Shown: positions 25,531 to 39,530 of the stretch, in pieces | Layout of the letters: the number at the start of each line of letters is the position of its first letter | Numbering within the stretch: the stretch's first letter is position 1 | NCBI GenBank assembly: GCA_013265495.1 | Contig: MU058463.1 | Coordinates: forward strand, 1,263,523 to 1,327,522 | DNA from: Vicugna vicugna | Taxonomy: Eukaryota | Length of the DNA: 64,000 nt | Direction: 5' to 3' | Notes under the pieces: model-generated | Seen by the model: the letters and a program-made list of their open reading frames with translations, nothing else | Databases searched by the model: none | What the model was told of the DNA's origin: nothing | Position numbers and translations under genes: made by a program

Positions 25531-28517
25531 CAGAGATACTTTGACTAATTTATAAGCATGGCTGTAGCCAATCATACTGATAATACACTATCAAGTTTAT
25601 TCAAAAAACAAAAGTCATTAATAAAACATCTTCAGTCTAAGACAGTGTAATGCATTTTTAGGAAATTAAGGGAATACCTTTGTCTGTATATTTTGCTGGT
25701 ATTATTTAAAAGCTAAAACCGCAGCCAGTGTGCACAGAGAAAATACACACACACAACTGGGCAAATTAACATTTTAGCACATTTTGGAAACATCCTATGA
25801 AGAATAGTGCATTTTTATTAATGTTTCTCTTTTAATGAGAACATGAAATGCAAAATATATTTAACTTTCTAATCTGATTTTTAATGTTAAAGCTTAGTTT
25901 GTTTTGATTTTTTTAAGTTACCATGATCTCTATCTATTTATTTGAGTTGAAAACATTTTGGCTTATAGAAATTTATTTACTTGTCTGAATCCTTATCTGT
26001 AATTTCATGACAATTTAGAATATGAATAAATGGAGCTAGGGGATGTTTGGCAGCTGAATGTATAGTACATAAATAGTAAAAAGTTAGTGATTAGATGAAT
26101 TTTACTCTATTTTGTTGCCATTGTTGAAATAGTAGGGAAAAGAGTAGACATGTTTTTAAGAGTAGCCATATTTAGAAGGTTAGAAAGAACAAAAGAAAAC
26201 TGTAATATAATTTGGATTGTATTAGAAAGGAAAAATCCTCCAAGTTAATTCTCTCTGTTAGAATTTTTTTTTAAATTGTTTCCATTCTTTGACCTTTATT
26301 TACACCGAATATGTGTACTTCCTCATGATGAGGAATAAAATGTGGACAGCTGCTCTGCTGATTTCTTGTTTTCTGTAAGCCAGTGGAATAAGGAAGGGAG
26401 AAGTTAAAAGTATAAGTTAAAAAAAGTTCTGCAGACTGAATATTTTCTATATGTATTTCACTATGTTTGACAGAGTTTGTACTTATGATAAGATCAAGAA
26501 AGCTCAGTCTACGTCACTAAGAAAGCTACTACTGGATTCTGCTGGCCATTTGCACATTTTCCCCATTTGAGTTTATTCCTAAGATCTTTTCTAATCCATT
26601 AAATGTATTATGTTTGTATTTTTAGGAATATAAGCCTTTAAAAATAACTACAGTTTAAAGGAATACCTCCTACTTATGAACTACTTAATTAAATAAAAAT
26701 AGGGTATTGTTTTCAACTATTATTTGCCAAGTTCCCATTTTCATGGAGTTTTTTTTTTTCCCAATTATATCTAATACATGAAATCTTCAAGTTGGAACAT
26801 TAAAGTACTTCTAATGTTTTTAAAGTATTTATGATGATTGTATGACATTACTACTGAGCACTTAATTTTTTCATAAAGTATGAACACTGAATCATGAGAG
26901 AATAATGAAATATTTACCATATTAACTTTATGTACCTAAAAGTGGGGAGAGAAAGAGGAAAAAAATGTGAGGTTGAAGGGTTTAGGTTGTGTGAAGAATG
27001 ACTTAGTTTCTGGGCAGTCCAAGATTTGGAAAACATGTTTGAGTGGAGGTTATCTCTTCTTTCTTCGATGTCAATAAATAAAATTTCTGTGGTAAGAAAT
27101 CAGCTATTATTTTTATTCTACTAGTTATATGTAAGCTCTCTCTCTCACTGAGGCTGTCTTGTAACAGTTTAGACCAAATAAATTAAGCCTCTCCAGTCTG
27201 AGACCATTAAAACATTTTAGTGCAGAAGGAAGTAAGATGGGCCTTCTTGAATTAACCTCAGAATATCTGCTGGAACACTTTTCTAATGCTGGCTAAAGTG
27301 CATTCCTGTGTATTTCCACTTAAGCCATCTGCCAATCTTAATGCTTATTCCTGAGGGAGGAAAACTTCCAGAGCTATTTTTCATTTAATTTGCAAGGACA
27401 TCCTGTTTAGGTACTTATCAAAAGAACAGAAGAATTGATGCCAAATACCACAAGCCCTAGTTTAGAAAACTTAATGGGTTGGACTGAAGTCATAACCTAC
27501 ATTTAAAAGGAACTGTAGCTTATTTCCTTTATATTTAGTAAATACTCAAAAAGTATGGCTGTGTGGCCTAACTGCTTTTTTAAAATAACAGTACTTTGCT
27601 CTATATACATTAAGGGATTTCTGGGAGAAAAAAGCTGTTAACCTTCCCCAGGATAGTGACTAGATATTTTAGTGCCATGACCCTTTGTGTTCCAATATCA
27701 AAAAACGATATTCAAACACCTGTTTCTTTGGGAAAAGAAATGATCAGACCTGAAGAATTTTTTATAATATATGATGAATAACAAAAGAGAAAGCTGTGAA
27801 AAGATAACAGTATCTGCCTTTTTTCAGTGTTCCACAAGCATTCTTTTGCATAAGTATTTAGTTTAACTTTGTTTTATTTAATTCCACAATTTAATTTAAA
27901 AAATACCCCGTTTAACTCTTGATATTACTGTTGTAAAATACTATATAAGATAAATGTAGATTTTTTTTATTTTTAAAAACTTATTTGAGTGACAAGAAGA
28001 TCCAGCAAAATGTCTTTGCTTTTTATTACATTGGGGCAATAATTTGTAACTGATAATGTAAATTTTTTAAGTTCGACAACCTTGTAACACATTATCCTTT
28101 CTCTTATGTGCTACACAGAGATTTGGGTTGAATAAATTAATGGAAGCCAAAGTTCAATAACATTTCAAAAACACATTTAATCAGATTAGGTAAATTTCAC
28201 CACTCATTTTGCTTGGCACTGTAAAATTATTTTTTTCTTTCTAAAATTACATTAATTATATATTTTTGCGTGGGGACATCCACCAGTCCTTTAATGAACA
28301 TTTCTTCAAGTTATATTTCACATGTAGGTTGAATATGTAGCTACTTAAGTGACGTGATTCCAATGATTCAAGTTCAGGGCAAATGTCCCAACTAAACATT
28401 ATACTAGTATATCTTATTTCTTTGATTCCTAAAGTTTTAAAGAGCTTTTGGACATTAAAATATTCCAAAATACCAATTTTTTTTAAATTTAAGAATATAA
28501 GGATATTACTTTTCTAT

Positions 28518-29076
28518 TGTCAATCTGAAAAATAAAATAGCCAGTTATTTATACCAGCAAAATGGATCTATTCAGAAATAGCAGAGAAGTGCAATTCAGG
28601 ATAGACAATTTATGGTGAATCACAGGCAAGTCCGGAGAGCAAATTAGGTTTGAGGAAGAAATTGAGGAGGGTTGTTTTGAATAAAAGGTAAAAATTCATT
28701 GGAGTCGAAAAGAGTTCGAGGCTGTGGTGGCTTCTGACTGGTGGTGAGTGCATTTGTTGCTGGAGCAGGGAAGCTCTTCTTCCTTTTCTTAAAATAAGTA
28801 GGAGATGAAATTCCCATGTGAAGCATGTCCTCCCTGGTACCAGAAGAAAGTAACATTCTTATCATGATGGATAAAAAGCTGAGACTGAGAGAGCTTTATA
28901 CAGCGAATTTAAAACAAACAGACCTTGTTAGAATAATTCTTATCTTTCTTCTTCCTGCTGGTTACGCTGGCTGCCAGCAGCGGTAGGTGCTAGGTGGTGC
29001 ATGCCTGCTAATTCTCCCTTCAGGGCTTCCTGGCTCCATTCATTGTAAATGAGGCTTTCCTTTGTTTATTTTCACG
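28518..29076 (-). mobile_element. Probable ERV1-class solo LTR
   Basis: TG...C(A>G) termini ('tgtcaatctgaaaaataaaa' ... 'tttattttcacg'); near 4-bp TSD ctat (28514-28517) / ctgt (29077-29080); the minus-strand start '.gtgaaaataaacaaaggaaagcctcatttacaatgaatggagccaggaagccctgaagg' is ERV1-LTR-like. Confidence 0.65.
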
Positions 29077-29624
29077 CTGTACTTACTAAGGAAATTAAGA
29101 TTCAGGGAAGCCCTTTGCTACATAAATAGGTAAAACTTAGACTAAGTTGGGGCTCCTGATGCCCATTCCAGGTATCTTTTCTGGGCATACCTCTGGCAAT
29201 TAACCTAGTAGTGGTTTAACTTAGCTTTCTTATAGGGGAGATTGATTGGAGTGGAACAGATGGGTCAGGATGTGGTTTCTTTAATGAGGCTAGGTCACTC
29301 AAAACAAGGCAGAGAAACTCAGAAATAAATCCTGTTGAAACACACCACAGGTCCTAGGAAGCACTTCTGTCCAGAAGCTAATCATAAATGTAAGAAAGGA
29401 TAAACTGAAAAACTGTTCAATTTCCAATGGATTAAAGGCCAAGAGTACTGTAAGTGGCAAAGTACAAATAAAGAACAGTTTAGCCTCCGCTTAGTGCTAA
29501 TTTCAGAAATAGCAATGATTTGCTGACTGTCTCTAGTCTAGTTTCAATGGATACAAACCTGATGTGGTAAAGGTATCCTATGTATTAAATGTAGGAGTGC
29601 AGATCTGCCAGACTGTACAATGGT

Positions 29625-30630
29625 TGTACAAAAATAGAAACAGAGAACAGATTATTGGTTGTCAGTGGTTAAGGACAGTGTGATGGTAAAAGGGAAGTGG
29701 GCGTGACTCTAAAGGAGAGTTTGTGGGAATCCTTGAATTAACAGCAATGTTTTATATCTTGACCACAGTATCTTTGGGAAAACTGGGTAAAGGGCAAACA
29801 GAATCTCTCTGTATTGTTTCTTACAACTGCCTATGAATCTATAATTATCTCAAAAGGAAAAGTTAAAAAAATTCAATGGATTTGCAGTGATACTGGGGAA
29901 ATTAATGTATATACTCTTTATTTTAGGTAGATCAAGTAGACAAAAATCTGATAAATTATAGATAACCTAAATTATAAAATTGACAAAATTTAGGAATATA
30001 GTTAATACATTTAAAATTAAAATATTAATTTGAATCATACATATATAGTTTCATAAATGTGTATCAAACTTTCAAAGTTGCAAACAGTGAGCTATAGCCT
30101 TTACAAATACCTAGAGAACACAAAGAATATGCTGTGATAAGTCTATAAGGCAGCAATAACACTAACCATGTTTTCTGTGTCTGTGTATAAAATTAGATAT
30201 CAACAAAGCTAAATCAGCTAGAAATATTAACGAATCCTTCCTCAGATAATTCTTGGAGAAAAGAGGAAATCAGGGGTATAATTAGACTATGTAGAAAGTA
30301 AATACATATATATATATAGTTATAAGCAAGCATATATTATAAACATTTATACTGTATACAATGCATAGAGGAAAGAGGTATATAAGATATAATAGAGAAT
30401 AATCATTTATTTATATAATATATTGCAATGCTTCCAGAATGCTATCATATTTGTATTCATAACCATAAATACTCCCAAATAAAGCAAAAGGCATTAGATA
30501 TATATAAACTAAGTATTCAGTAAGGCTGCCAGAAAAGAACAGCAAAGCAATTCTAATGGTGATAAAATAAAGATAAAATATTAATTAATCAAATAATAGG
30601 ATAATAAAAGTTATAAATCCAATAACAGTT
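29625..30630 (+). mobile_element. Old L1 pieces (L1MC/MB 3' end at about 29625-29870, then an ORF2 fragment)
   Basis: 'gagaacagattattggttgtcagtggtt...tctctgtattgtttcttacaactgcctatgaatctataattatctcaaaa' is a 3' end; it is followed by an ORF2-like 'gatttgcagtgatactggggaaattaatg...aggtagatcaagtagacaaaaatc'. Confidence 0.65.
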
Positions 30631-30649
30631 TTGTGTTAGACCTATATAT

Positions 30650-31290
30650 ATTCAATTTTTGTGCATTTTAAATGATATTGAATATTTAATTTCAGTGTTT
30701 TCATATACAGTTGTAATATACAGGAATACAATTAACTTTTATATGGTTATCTTGTATCCTGTGGCCTTGACTTTTAGTTCTATAGGTTATATTTTTAATT
30801 TTTGAGATTTCTACACAAACATGTAATAGAAAATAGGAAGAATATGACTTATTCTATTTCAATATGCATATATTTTATTTGCTTTTCTTCCTTTACATTA
30901 CTGGCTGGAACATCCAGCAATATTTAATAAGAGTGTTAAGAGAGAACAGTCGTCTTTTTCTCAGTCTTTAGTGGGAAATCGTTCATTCATTCACTATTAC
31001 GTATAATGTTAGTTGCAGGTTTTTGTAGATATTCTTCATCAAGTTGAAGGATTTCTCCTGTTACCATTTTCTGAGAGTTCATTGATGTCATTTCAGAGGT
31101 TTTGAAATTTTGAACTTGTTTTTCTTAATAACTACAGGAATCTTTATGCTGTTTCTTAGTGGTGGGGTGTAGTAGTTGTACTGTTTGAGGATCGGTGCGT
31201 TACATCTAAGTTGCCAAATTTAGGACTGTAGGTTTGTCTGTTGTTTTCCTTATTATTCTTTGGATTTCCTCAGAGTAGGTTTCCTGTTTT
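30650..31290 (-). mobile_element. Old L1 ORF2 fragment
   Basis: 'atatacaggaatacaattaactttta tatggttatcttgtatcctgtggccttg' and 'tttcactattacgtataatgttagttgcaggtttttgtagatattcttcatcaagttga' are antisense ORF2. Confidence 0.7.
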
Positions 31291-32189
31291 CATTTCTGAA
31301 AAAAATTGATTCTAGAAAAAAATTAAATACGAAGCAAACTTCTGTCTTTCCATCTTTATAGCCTCTGTTTCACATTTGCTGAAATAATTAGTGACTGTTT
31401 AATAAAAGTATATTTAATGAATAAAGGGGAAATAATCAAAAATTTTTTTTATTTGTCTTGACAATAACCACAAAGCGTTAATATTTTTAAAACTATCTAT
31501 AGTGACATGGTGTGTTACTCATTGATTCCATTAATAAATTTACCATGTTTATCACAGAGATTATAAATGTTAAAAAAATTTTAAATCATTATTCTAAATA
31601 TGTGTAGTGCAGGTGTATGGAGATTTATGTGCATCAACAAATGTACTGAGTGAACTTTTAAATCTTGTCAGGTTCATTCCAACGTCTGTCAGATCAGTTC
31701 CTTCCTCTCATTTCTGTGTTCATCGTTTAGCCCAAGCATAGCCTTTCGTACAGATTATACCATGAGAGTCCTTACACTGTTCTCTCCACCTCTTGTTTCT
31801 CTCACTTTAATCTCATTCTGTTTTCAAAGTCAAATGAAGTAAAATGGCTTAGGAAAATCAATATTTCTGTAATTTTGCTCAAAAATCTTTAGCAGTTTAC
31901 GCCTCTCCTGAATTACCTATATTAAGTATAAGTTCTCAGTCCTTTATTTCCAATTTCAAAAATACCAATAGCTGTAGAAAGAGAAAAACTTTGTGTATTT
32001 GTTACATTTGGAAGTAGTGCCTGACCTAAATTGAACTGATACTATTCAGTCATTTTTGTTCCACTTAGGATGAATATTCTTATGTTTTGCTGTAGATGTA
32101 GTAATATGTTGATTATAGTGTGCTGCCTCTAGCCCGCTGGTGTATCTTACATTTAGTACACCATGAATATAATGCATTATATTAACGAT

Positions 32190-32313
32190 GAAAGAGAGAA
32201 AAAGAAAAAAGGAAAGGAAAGGAAAGGGGAGGGGAGGGGAAGGGTGGGGAGGGGAGAGAAGGGAAGGGAAGGGAAGGGAAGGGAAGGGAAGGGAAGGGAA
32301 GGAAAGGGAAGAA
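32190..32313. repeat. Purine-rich (GGGAA)n repeat
   Basis: Directly visible GGGAA array; it explains the ORFs at 32163-32481. Confidence 0.95.
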
Positions 32314-33266
32314 AATGGATACCAAGGGCTTTGGGTGAAATATTGTTGGCCTTCATCACTTCTACTGTCTAGCGTTCAAGACCCCCCACTTTCTGCCCTT
32401 CCTCCAACCCACTGTATCACATTTATGCCTTTCACACTTAACAGATGCAAATGCCTTATGACAGTATACCAGTGTAATTAAGGTTTTGTCTGAAATAGGA
32501 GGTTGCATTTTATATCTAAAGTGATTCAGGTTAAATTTTCTTTTAAGAACTCTAATATCAGACATACATTTGTCCTTGGGGCTGTCATGATTTTGTAGTC
32601 CCTGATATTTAAACCCTACGCTTCAGAGATACTCATATATCGTTTACCAGTTTCCTAACAAGTCTTAAATCCTCCATGCTGTGCTATTTCATTTTTTTGA
32701 AATCTGCCTTTCTTCTACTGACTCTTTCCCCACATCTCTTTATTGAATCCAGCTGCAACATCCTTCACTACCCAATTCAAATACCACAGTGAGGATTTTC
32801 ATGGCCATCATCATTGTAATATTTTAGCAAGTATATCACGTTGTCACTGTAAAATTACCACTGATAGTTGATCTTGAAAAGCCATAACTTTTTTGTGAAT
32901 ATTTACATTCATGTAATAGAGGTGCAATGCCTAATCTGCTTACTTCACTGAGTTTCTGTTGGAATCAAATAAGATTAAATATATGATAGGATAACTTAAG
33001 TTATTAAACTCAAGAAATTGAAGGTATTATTATCATTAATCTTTACTCTAATTCTCTGAAACATTTTAACACTCATGTACTTTTGATTTTATTTGAAGGC
33101 AGGAAGAATAAATCATGTATCATTATATGTTCTAAAAGATATAGTTCTAGAAACTAATTAAAAAGTCTTCAGACAAGAAAATAAGTAAATACATGTTTTG
33201 TGGATCAGTGAATGAATTAGCAAATAATGATTTTAATATCCATGTTCATAATATCTTTATCTAGAC

Positions 33267-33580
33267 TGGAGGTCAGCAAAAAATTCTGTAAAAGGACCAG
33301 ATTATAAAAAGGCCAGATAAATAAATATGTATTTGCGGGCATACAGTTTCTGTAGCAACCATTCAGTTGTACCTTTGTAGTGTAAAAGGATCGCTGCCCA
33401 AAACATAAAGGAATGGTCATGCCTTTGTCTTAATAAAATGCAATGAACACTGAAATTTCAGTTTCATGTAATTTTTGTATTTCACAAAATCTCATTTTTT
33501 TCTTTTTTGTTTTTTGTAATGTATTAAAATGGGGAGAGGAAAGCATTTTTAGCTTGCAGGCTATACAAAAGCTATATCTG
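33267..33580 (+). mobile_element. hAT-Charlie MITE, MER58B-like
   Basis: Starts 'tggaggtcagcaaaaaattctgtaaaagg'; contains 'aacactgaaatttcagtttcatgtaatttt'; 8-bp TSD atctagac (33259-33266) / acctagac (33581-33588), fitting the Charlie NTCTAGAN preference. Confidence 0.85.
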
Positions 33581-36500
33581 ACCTAGACATTCACCAAATT
33601 TAAAAGTTTAAGATATGAGGTAATTTAATTGTTAAATGAGCACATTTTCCACTGCTTGTTTGAAATGAACATAGAAATTTTCCATTTATGAGAGGTAGGA
33701 GACATTTGTTGGCATATGGAAATGTATAGGGAAAGGAATAGAATTACCAAAAGAAACTCTGTTTAATTTGTTAAAAAAAAAAAAGATTTATGGGGCACTT
33801 CTTAATAGGGCATTCTTCACAGAAAATTTGGAGTACAAAGTATTTGAGATATTCTTTGGAGGAAATAAAAAGATATAGTCGGGTTTCTGTAAACTGGATT
33901 TGTAGCCAAATCCCATTGTAGTTACTAGAATTCTTACATAAAGCTTTTCTCCCAAGACTTCAAAACAGCCTCAGAAATGAGCTGAAATGCTTTGAGTGTT
34001 TTTCATTGACAACATACTCTCCATTTCCCTTGGTTCTGTTTCTGTTTTCTTCTCTTCCAGACTTTCCCCTATTTTCTAACTCTCTCTAGATTTGAGAAAG
34101 TCAGATTATCATTTAGTCTGTACCCTACTTCTCTCTCTTGAGCAATTATTATAAGTCATGAAAAAGCAGCCTTTTAGAAATACTATTTAGAAAAAATATT
34201 AAGTTTGAGAATGTCTTGATAATTGTTCAGTTTACAGTCTGTCCTCATTAGCTAAATTGAACAAATAAACAAAATCTCAGAACAGTCCAACAGAGTCTCA
34301 AATTAAATGCTGAAAGTATATCTAAAGTAATGTGATGATTACAAACTTCCTCTGGGTTTTTTTTTTTTTTTTTGGTGGTTACTGTTTTCAGTCTGCTTAA
34401 ACCTCTCAGAAATGTAGCAAAAAGGGGATTAAACTAAACACACCATTTAAACTAACATTTCATCTCATATAAAGCTAGAAATTGTGAGGAAGATACCTGT
34501 CCTGACGATTGTATTTTTTCAAGCTTCATATGCTTTCCCAGGTGACTGGCACTAGAGACACTAATATGCCAAGGTTAGACTTTAGTTAAATAGACACAAA
34601 CTCTAGGAGCAATTTTCAGCAACTTCATAAATTACATATAGCATTTCATTGTTGAGTTATATTATATTTTATTTAGTTATAACAGCCAGTTTTAGAAGGT
34701 TGTTAATACAAAGCATAATTCATTCTTTTAAGTTTTTCTTAAAAGAAACAGAATATTAACCTTAAAAATGTATATTTTAGAACTGTTCTCATTTTAGTAA
34801 ATGAGGATGGTCTTTTTCCTTCTACCATTTTCATAGTTTATTCAAAAATTAGAATGTGTGCCACTATATGATTTGATATGTTGTCAAAGATAATGACATA
34901 CTAAAAAATATTTACTCTTTTTCCCTTACTATTTTTAATTAGGGATGTAGTATAAGTAAGGATAGCAGGAAATTTATCAAGAGATAATGAAAGTTTATAA
35001 CTGGTTAAAAAACAAAGGAACAACTAAGTAGATCATAAAAGAAAAGGTATTAAGCCACAGTTGTGTGAAACATATCTTTATCCATTATATTGCCACCCTC
35101 TAACCATGAATAATCATACTAAAAATCTCCAGTCTTCTGTAAAGTCTACTTGGTTATTTACTAAGATGCATACAAATTTTCCAAGATTTTTTTCAATGGT
35201 ATAGGACTAAAGAAATAGTTGTAAGTTTAGGAATAAACCACATTAAAAGTATCTGTGCAATTGTGTCAAATTGAAATGGAATATTATATGAGGCTGACAT
35301 TGTTTTTTCTTCCCTTATACTCACTATTAAATCTTTCTGAACCCAAAAAATGAAATTGCTATTGTGCTGGCAATTCTAGGCATTTTGAAATGTGTTGCTG
35401 TCAACTGGCTCTTTATACCCCTCACCAGAGGCCGGATGTTTGCAGTAGCTGGTGGTTGTTGTCCAAGACATTGCGCATGGCTGACAGACTGGCAGCGCTC
35501 TTTTGAGAGTGAGGCTCAGAGCCTGGGAAAGGTCCCGGCACTGAATGCCCTCAGTCCTGCAGGGTAATTAATCGATTACATACAACATGAGAAAAAATCA
35601 GTACTAAAAATACTCTAACTGACCCGTTTCTCAAGAATCATCAGAAATTATAAATAATTATATCATGCTTTTAGGGAAAAGTATAATTTTAAAATGGCCC
35701 TTCTTTCTGTGCTAATCCAGCTCTACAAATTTTCAGCAACATTCAGTGCCATGCTCTTCATTATTTTGACTTTCTCCTTCTGGATTTTGAGTACATGCAA
35801 AATCTAATCTAAAAAAGAAGTCAGCTGGGAGAACTGTTATAAAAGCACAGATTAGTTTAAGGGTACGGAAGAGGTTCCTTGTTCATAATACAGACAAGCA
35901 CTGAGATCGAACTAAAAGGATCAGTCATTGACAAATGGTAGCTTCAAATGTACTTTTAAAACTAGGAACAGTAAAAGAAACATCAGCAGCTTTGAAAAAT
36001 TTGTTAAAAACAGAAAAAAATCTTTTGGTTCTCCCCAAAAGCAAAATTAAAATTACTATGAGAAAGAAAGTCAGAGAAGTATTCTATATTTGAGGATGCT
36101 GTGCTAGTGAAATTCTCTAGATAACTTTTTGCTATTATTGACATGAAATAGTAGTGTGGTTTGCTGCTTGACCTTTCACTTCATTTCAGTGCTGGAAGCA
36201 AAAATAAAGTGCATTTTCTGGAAGAAAGTTGTTCTGTTAAAAACATTAACACACTTTTAATGTTTATTACTTGCTGGTGTGTTCTGTTCATTATTAAAAC
36301 AAGCTGTGACCTCTAAAATTGAATATGAAACATACTGATGGAAAACTTGATTTTTAAAAAAAGTAAAATTTCAAAATGCCACTATCACTCTCCAAGATAA
36401 AATGTGTGTAGTACAGTGACAAATGATATTTTTGGTAGAGAGATCATCTTGTTTGCAACTTTGTTCATAAGTGTATCATTGGTTTGTTGAATATGAATAC

Positions 36501-36884
36501 TGCTAAATCCTCTGGGAATATAGACAAGTGGAAAGAAGCATACATAAATCAAATTTACCTTTGCTCATGTTTTGTGAAACATTTCATACAAGGCATTTAT
36601 TTGTTATAATAATAATGATAGTAATAATAAAACAGCTAGGTGTCGTATAGTAAGGTGATAAATCTCTTGATGAAAAAGAGGCAGAAGTCAAAAAGTCAAA
36701 TTTAACATTTCTTAATACCTGTCCTAATGAGGTTTCTGAATTAATTGTTAGTAAAAAAAAAAGATAAGGACTCAATCAAAACAATAATATTTCTTAATTA
36801 CTCATTTCTCTTACATTTCTGCTAAAATAAATTGGTTTTCCCCTTAGAGAAGAGAGCGTCTCAACAGGAGGAGATATAATTTAG

Positions 36885-39530
36885 GTTATTACCCTAATGC
36901 AAAAAGTAAAATAAAATAAAACTACAAACCAGTATCTTTAAAGATGAAAAAATCCTCAACTAAGTATCAGTTAATTGAATCTAACAATGGATAAAATAAA
37001 GAACTATACACTACAGCCAAATAAGATTTATTCAAGGTATGAGAGATTGTTTCAAAATTAGAAATTCAGTTAATATAATACTTGATGTGAAAAGACTAAA
37101 TAAGAAATAGCACATGATCACATCAATATATGAAGAGAAAACATCAGACATAATCTAAGACAATTAGCAATCTTTTTTTTTTTAATCTCAACAAATGAGG
37201 ACTAGAGAGTCCCTTCAATATGATAGAGAATACCTACCAAAAGCCTATAATTATCATCATCCTTAATGGTGAGAAAAATGGAAACATTCCTCTTGTGATT
37301 AGAAGCAAGATTATAGTTTGTTCGTTTCTTGAAAAAGTGAACATCATCTTATCATATGACACAAAAATCGTAGTCTAAGTATTTACACAATTTAATTGAA
37401 ACCTTATATTTATACACAAAAAATGGCATGTGAATGTAGGTAGCAGTTTTATTCACAGTTTCCAAAAACTGCAAGTAACTAATACACCCTTCAGTAGGTA
37501 AATGGAAGCAATCTGTGTTACAACTATACAATGGAGTATTATTCAGTAATAAAATAAATGAGATATAAACTATGAGAAGACAGGAGTAAAACTTAAATGC
37601 AGAGTGCTATGTAAATGAATCTGATCAGAAAAAACTACATATTGTTTGATTCCAACTATATGACATTCTGGAAAAGAAAAAACAGAGACATTAAAAGATC
37701 AGTGGTTGCCAGAGGTTCTGGAGGAGGAGGAAAGAGTAGAGTAAGAGAATACAGCATTTTGTTCTATTTTTTGTTTTGTTTTACTTTGTTTTGTTTTTAT
37801 GGCAGTGAAACTATTCTGTATAATCCTATAATGGATACATGATGTTATGCATATGTCAAAGCCCATAGAATTTAACAGCATAAAAGGTGAAACTTAATGC
37901 ATGTAAATTTAAAAAATATATATTTAGGAGGCTGGGGCAATTCAGAGAAAGAACATAGACTTTGAGACAAGAATCTAATTTTAATACAAAATACATGAAA
38001 AAAATCGCTGAATGTGGGTTGGAGAGTGAGCAAAGATGATCTAACTTTGGAAATGAGTGAAATCTGTGATTGCAGGGGAAAAACAAGATGTTTTCACTGT
38101 ACTGTAGTTGATAAAGTTGTTTCTCATGTGATACTATTAAGACAAGCCTTTGGAACTGAAAAATTAAGTAAATGGATAGTAAATAGTGGGATCCAGGTTT
38201 CTTAGTGTTGTAGTAAGACTTTACAATAATGCAAGGAGAGGATGCTGAAACAATCCACATGGTAATACAGTAGGGCTGGAGACAGTATAAGCTCATGTTT
38301 AACTCAGTATGCATAGCGATAACATCTCTCTCTCTATATCGATACCTATAGACATGCATACATACACACATACATACATAGGTTAGTATACGCAATACAT
38401 TTCTTCCCTCTATCAGCTAAGAGGCCCTAGAAGCAATGTCGCTCAGGAGCAACAAGCACACTCAGGCTCCAGATATTGATTTCTAACACCATTCTCAATA
38501 ACAGCCTCAAGCGTTCTTTGGAGAAATAACTGATTTTAGGACCGGGTTAGAAAAGATACAAGATGAGCCTGGATCATTTTGTGATAACAGGTAGAAAGGC
38601 AATTCTAAAGTAGCAACAGCAAAAAATCCTGCCTCAGCATTGATGGGTGCATGGTGAGGGGACATTGGCATTCACTGGAAGAGCTCCCAATGCCTAAAGC
38701 TGGAAGAATTTGAGCAACAGAATAAATTAGTATTAGACTAAAACCCAGTGTAGGAAAAAAATGTCCATGAGTTTATACTGATATAAATAAATTATGAATA
38801 AATAAATAAAAAGTAGAGAAGAGACAGATCTCCCTTGCAGAAAAAATCCAAATAAATTATGTAAGTACTGTGCCCTCAAGGAGTAAATCCTCACTCCTTA
38901 AAGGTGGGCTGTGTACAGTGACTTCCTTCCAAAGATTTGAATTTAGAAATAGAGGGGAGAGGGGAAGAATAACTTTACTGTGGAGAAACTTGAGAAATAC
39001 TATGTCAGCCAAGTGATCAAGGTGAACGTTAACATTTGATAAATTGCATTGATACTATATACCTTTGCTATGATGTGTTGAAAATGGTAATTATCTCTAT
39101 ATTTTTCCTCACCAAAACACCAGTCTGGGAACGAAACACCAGAAAAATTTTAATTGAGGGGCATTCTACAAAAGCTTTGACTGTCACTCCTTAAACTGTT
39201 AAGGTCATGAAAAACAAGGGAATTCTGGCAAACAGTCACAGCCAAGAATAACCTAAGGACACATGAAAATGAATGAATCTGATATCTTGAATAGGGTCCT
39301 GGAACATAAAGAGATACTAGGTAAAACTAAAGAAATCTTAATTAACTATGGACTTTTGTTGGTAATAATAAATTAATACTGTGGCATCATTAATTGTGGC
39401 AAATTTACCAAAGTGATGTATGATGTTAATAACATGAGAGACTGAGTGTGGGCTATAGGAGACCTCTTTATACTGTCTTCTCAATTTTTTCTGTAAATCT
39501 TAAACTGTTCTACAAAATAGAGCCTAAAAC
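36885..39530 (+). mobile_element. L1MC/L1MD-type element: ORF2 fragments plus long 3' UTR
   Basis: ORF2-like 'aaaaatcctcaactaagtatcagttaattgaatctaacaa'; 3' UTR hallmarks 'aagaggccctagaagcaatg...ccagatattgatttctaacaccattctc' and terminal 'ttttctgtaaatcttaaactgttctacaaaata'. Confidence 0.85.

Noticed and set aside
26319..26335. TTCCTCAT-G-ATGAGGAA palindrome
   Set aside because: An isolated 8-bp-arm palindrome can arise by chance in 64 kb; no supporting context.
28864..28895. C/D-box snoRNA-like motifs (ATGATGG...CTGA)
   Set aside because: Imperfect C box, D box too close, and no terminal stem.
37856..38395. Longest ORF in the track (179 aa, minus strand)
   Set aside because: Antisense to an L1MC/MD 3' UTR, begins in a CATA-type repeat, and has no recognisable protein features.
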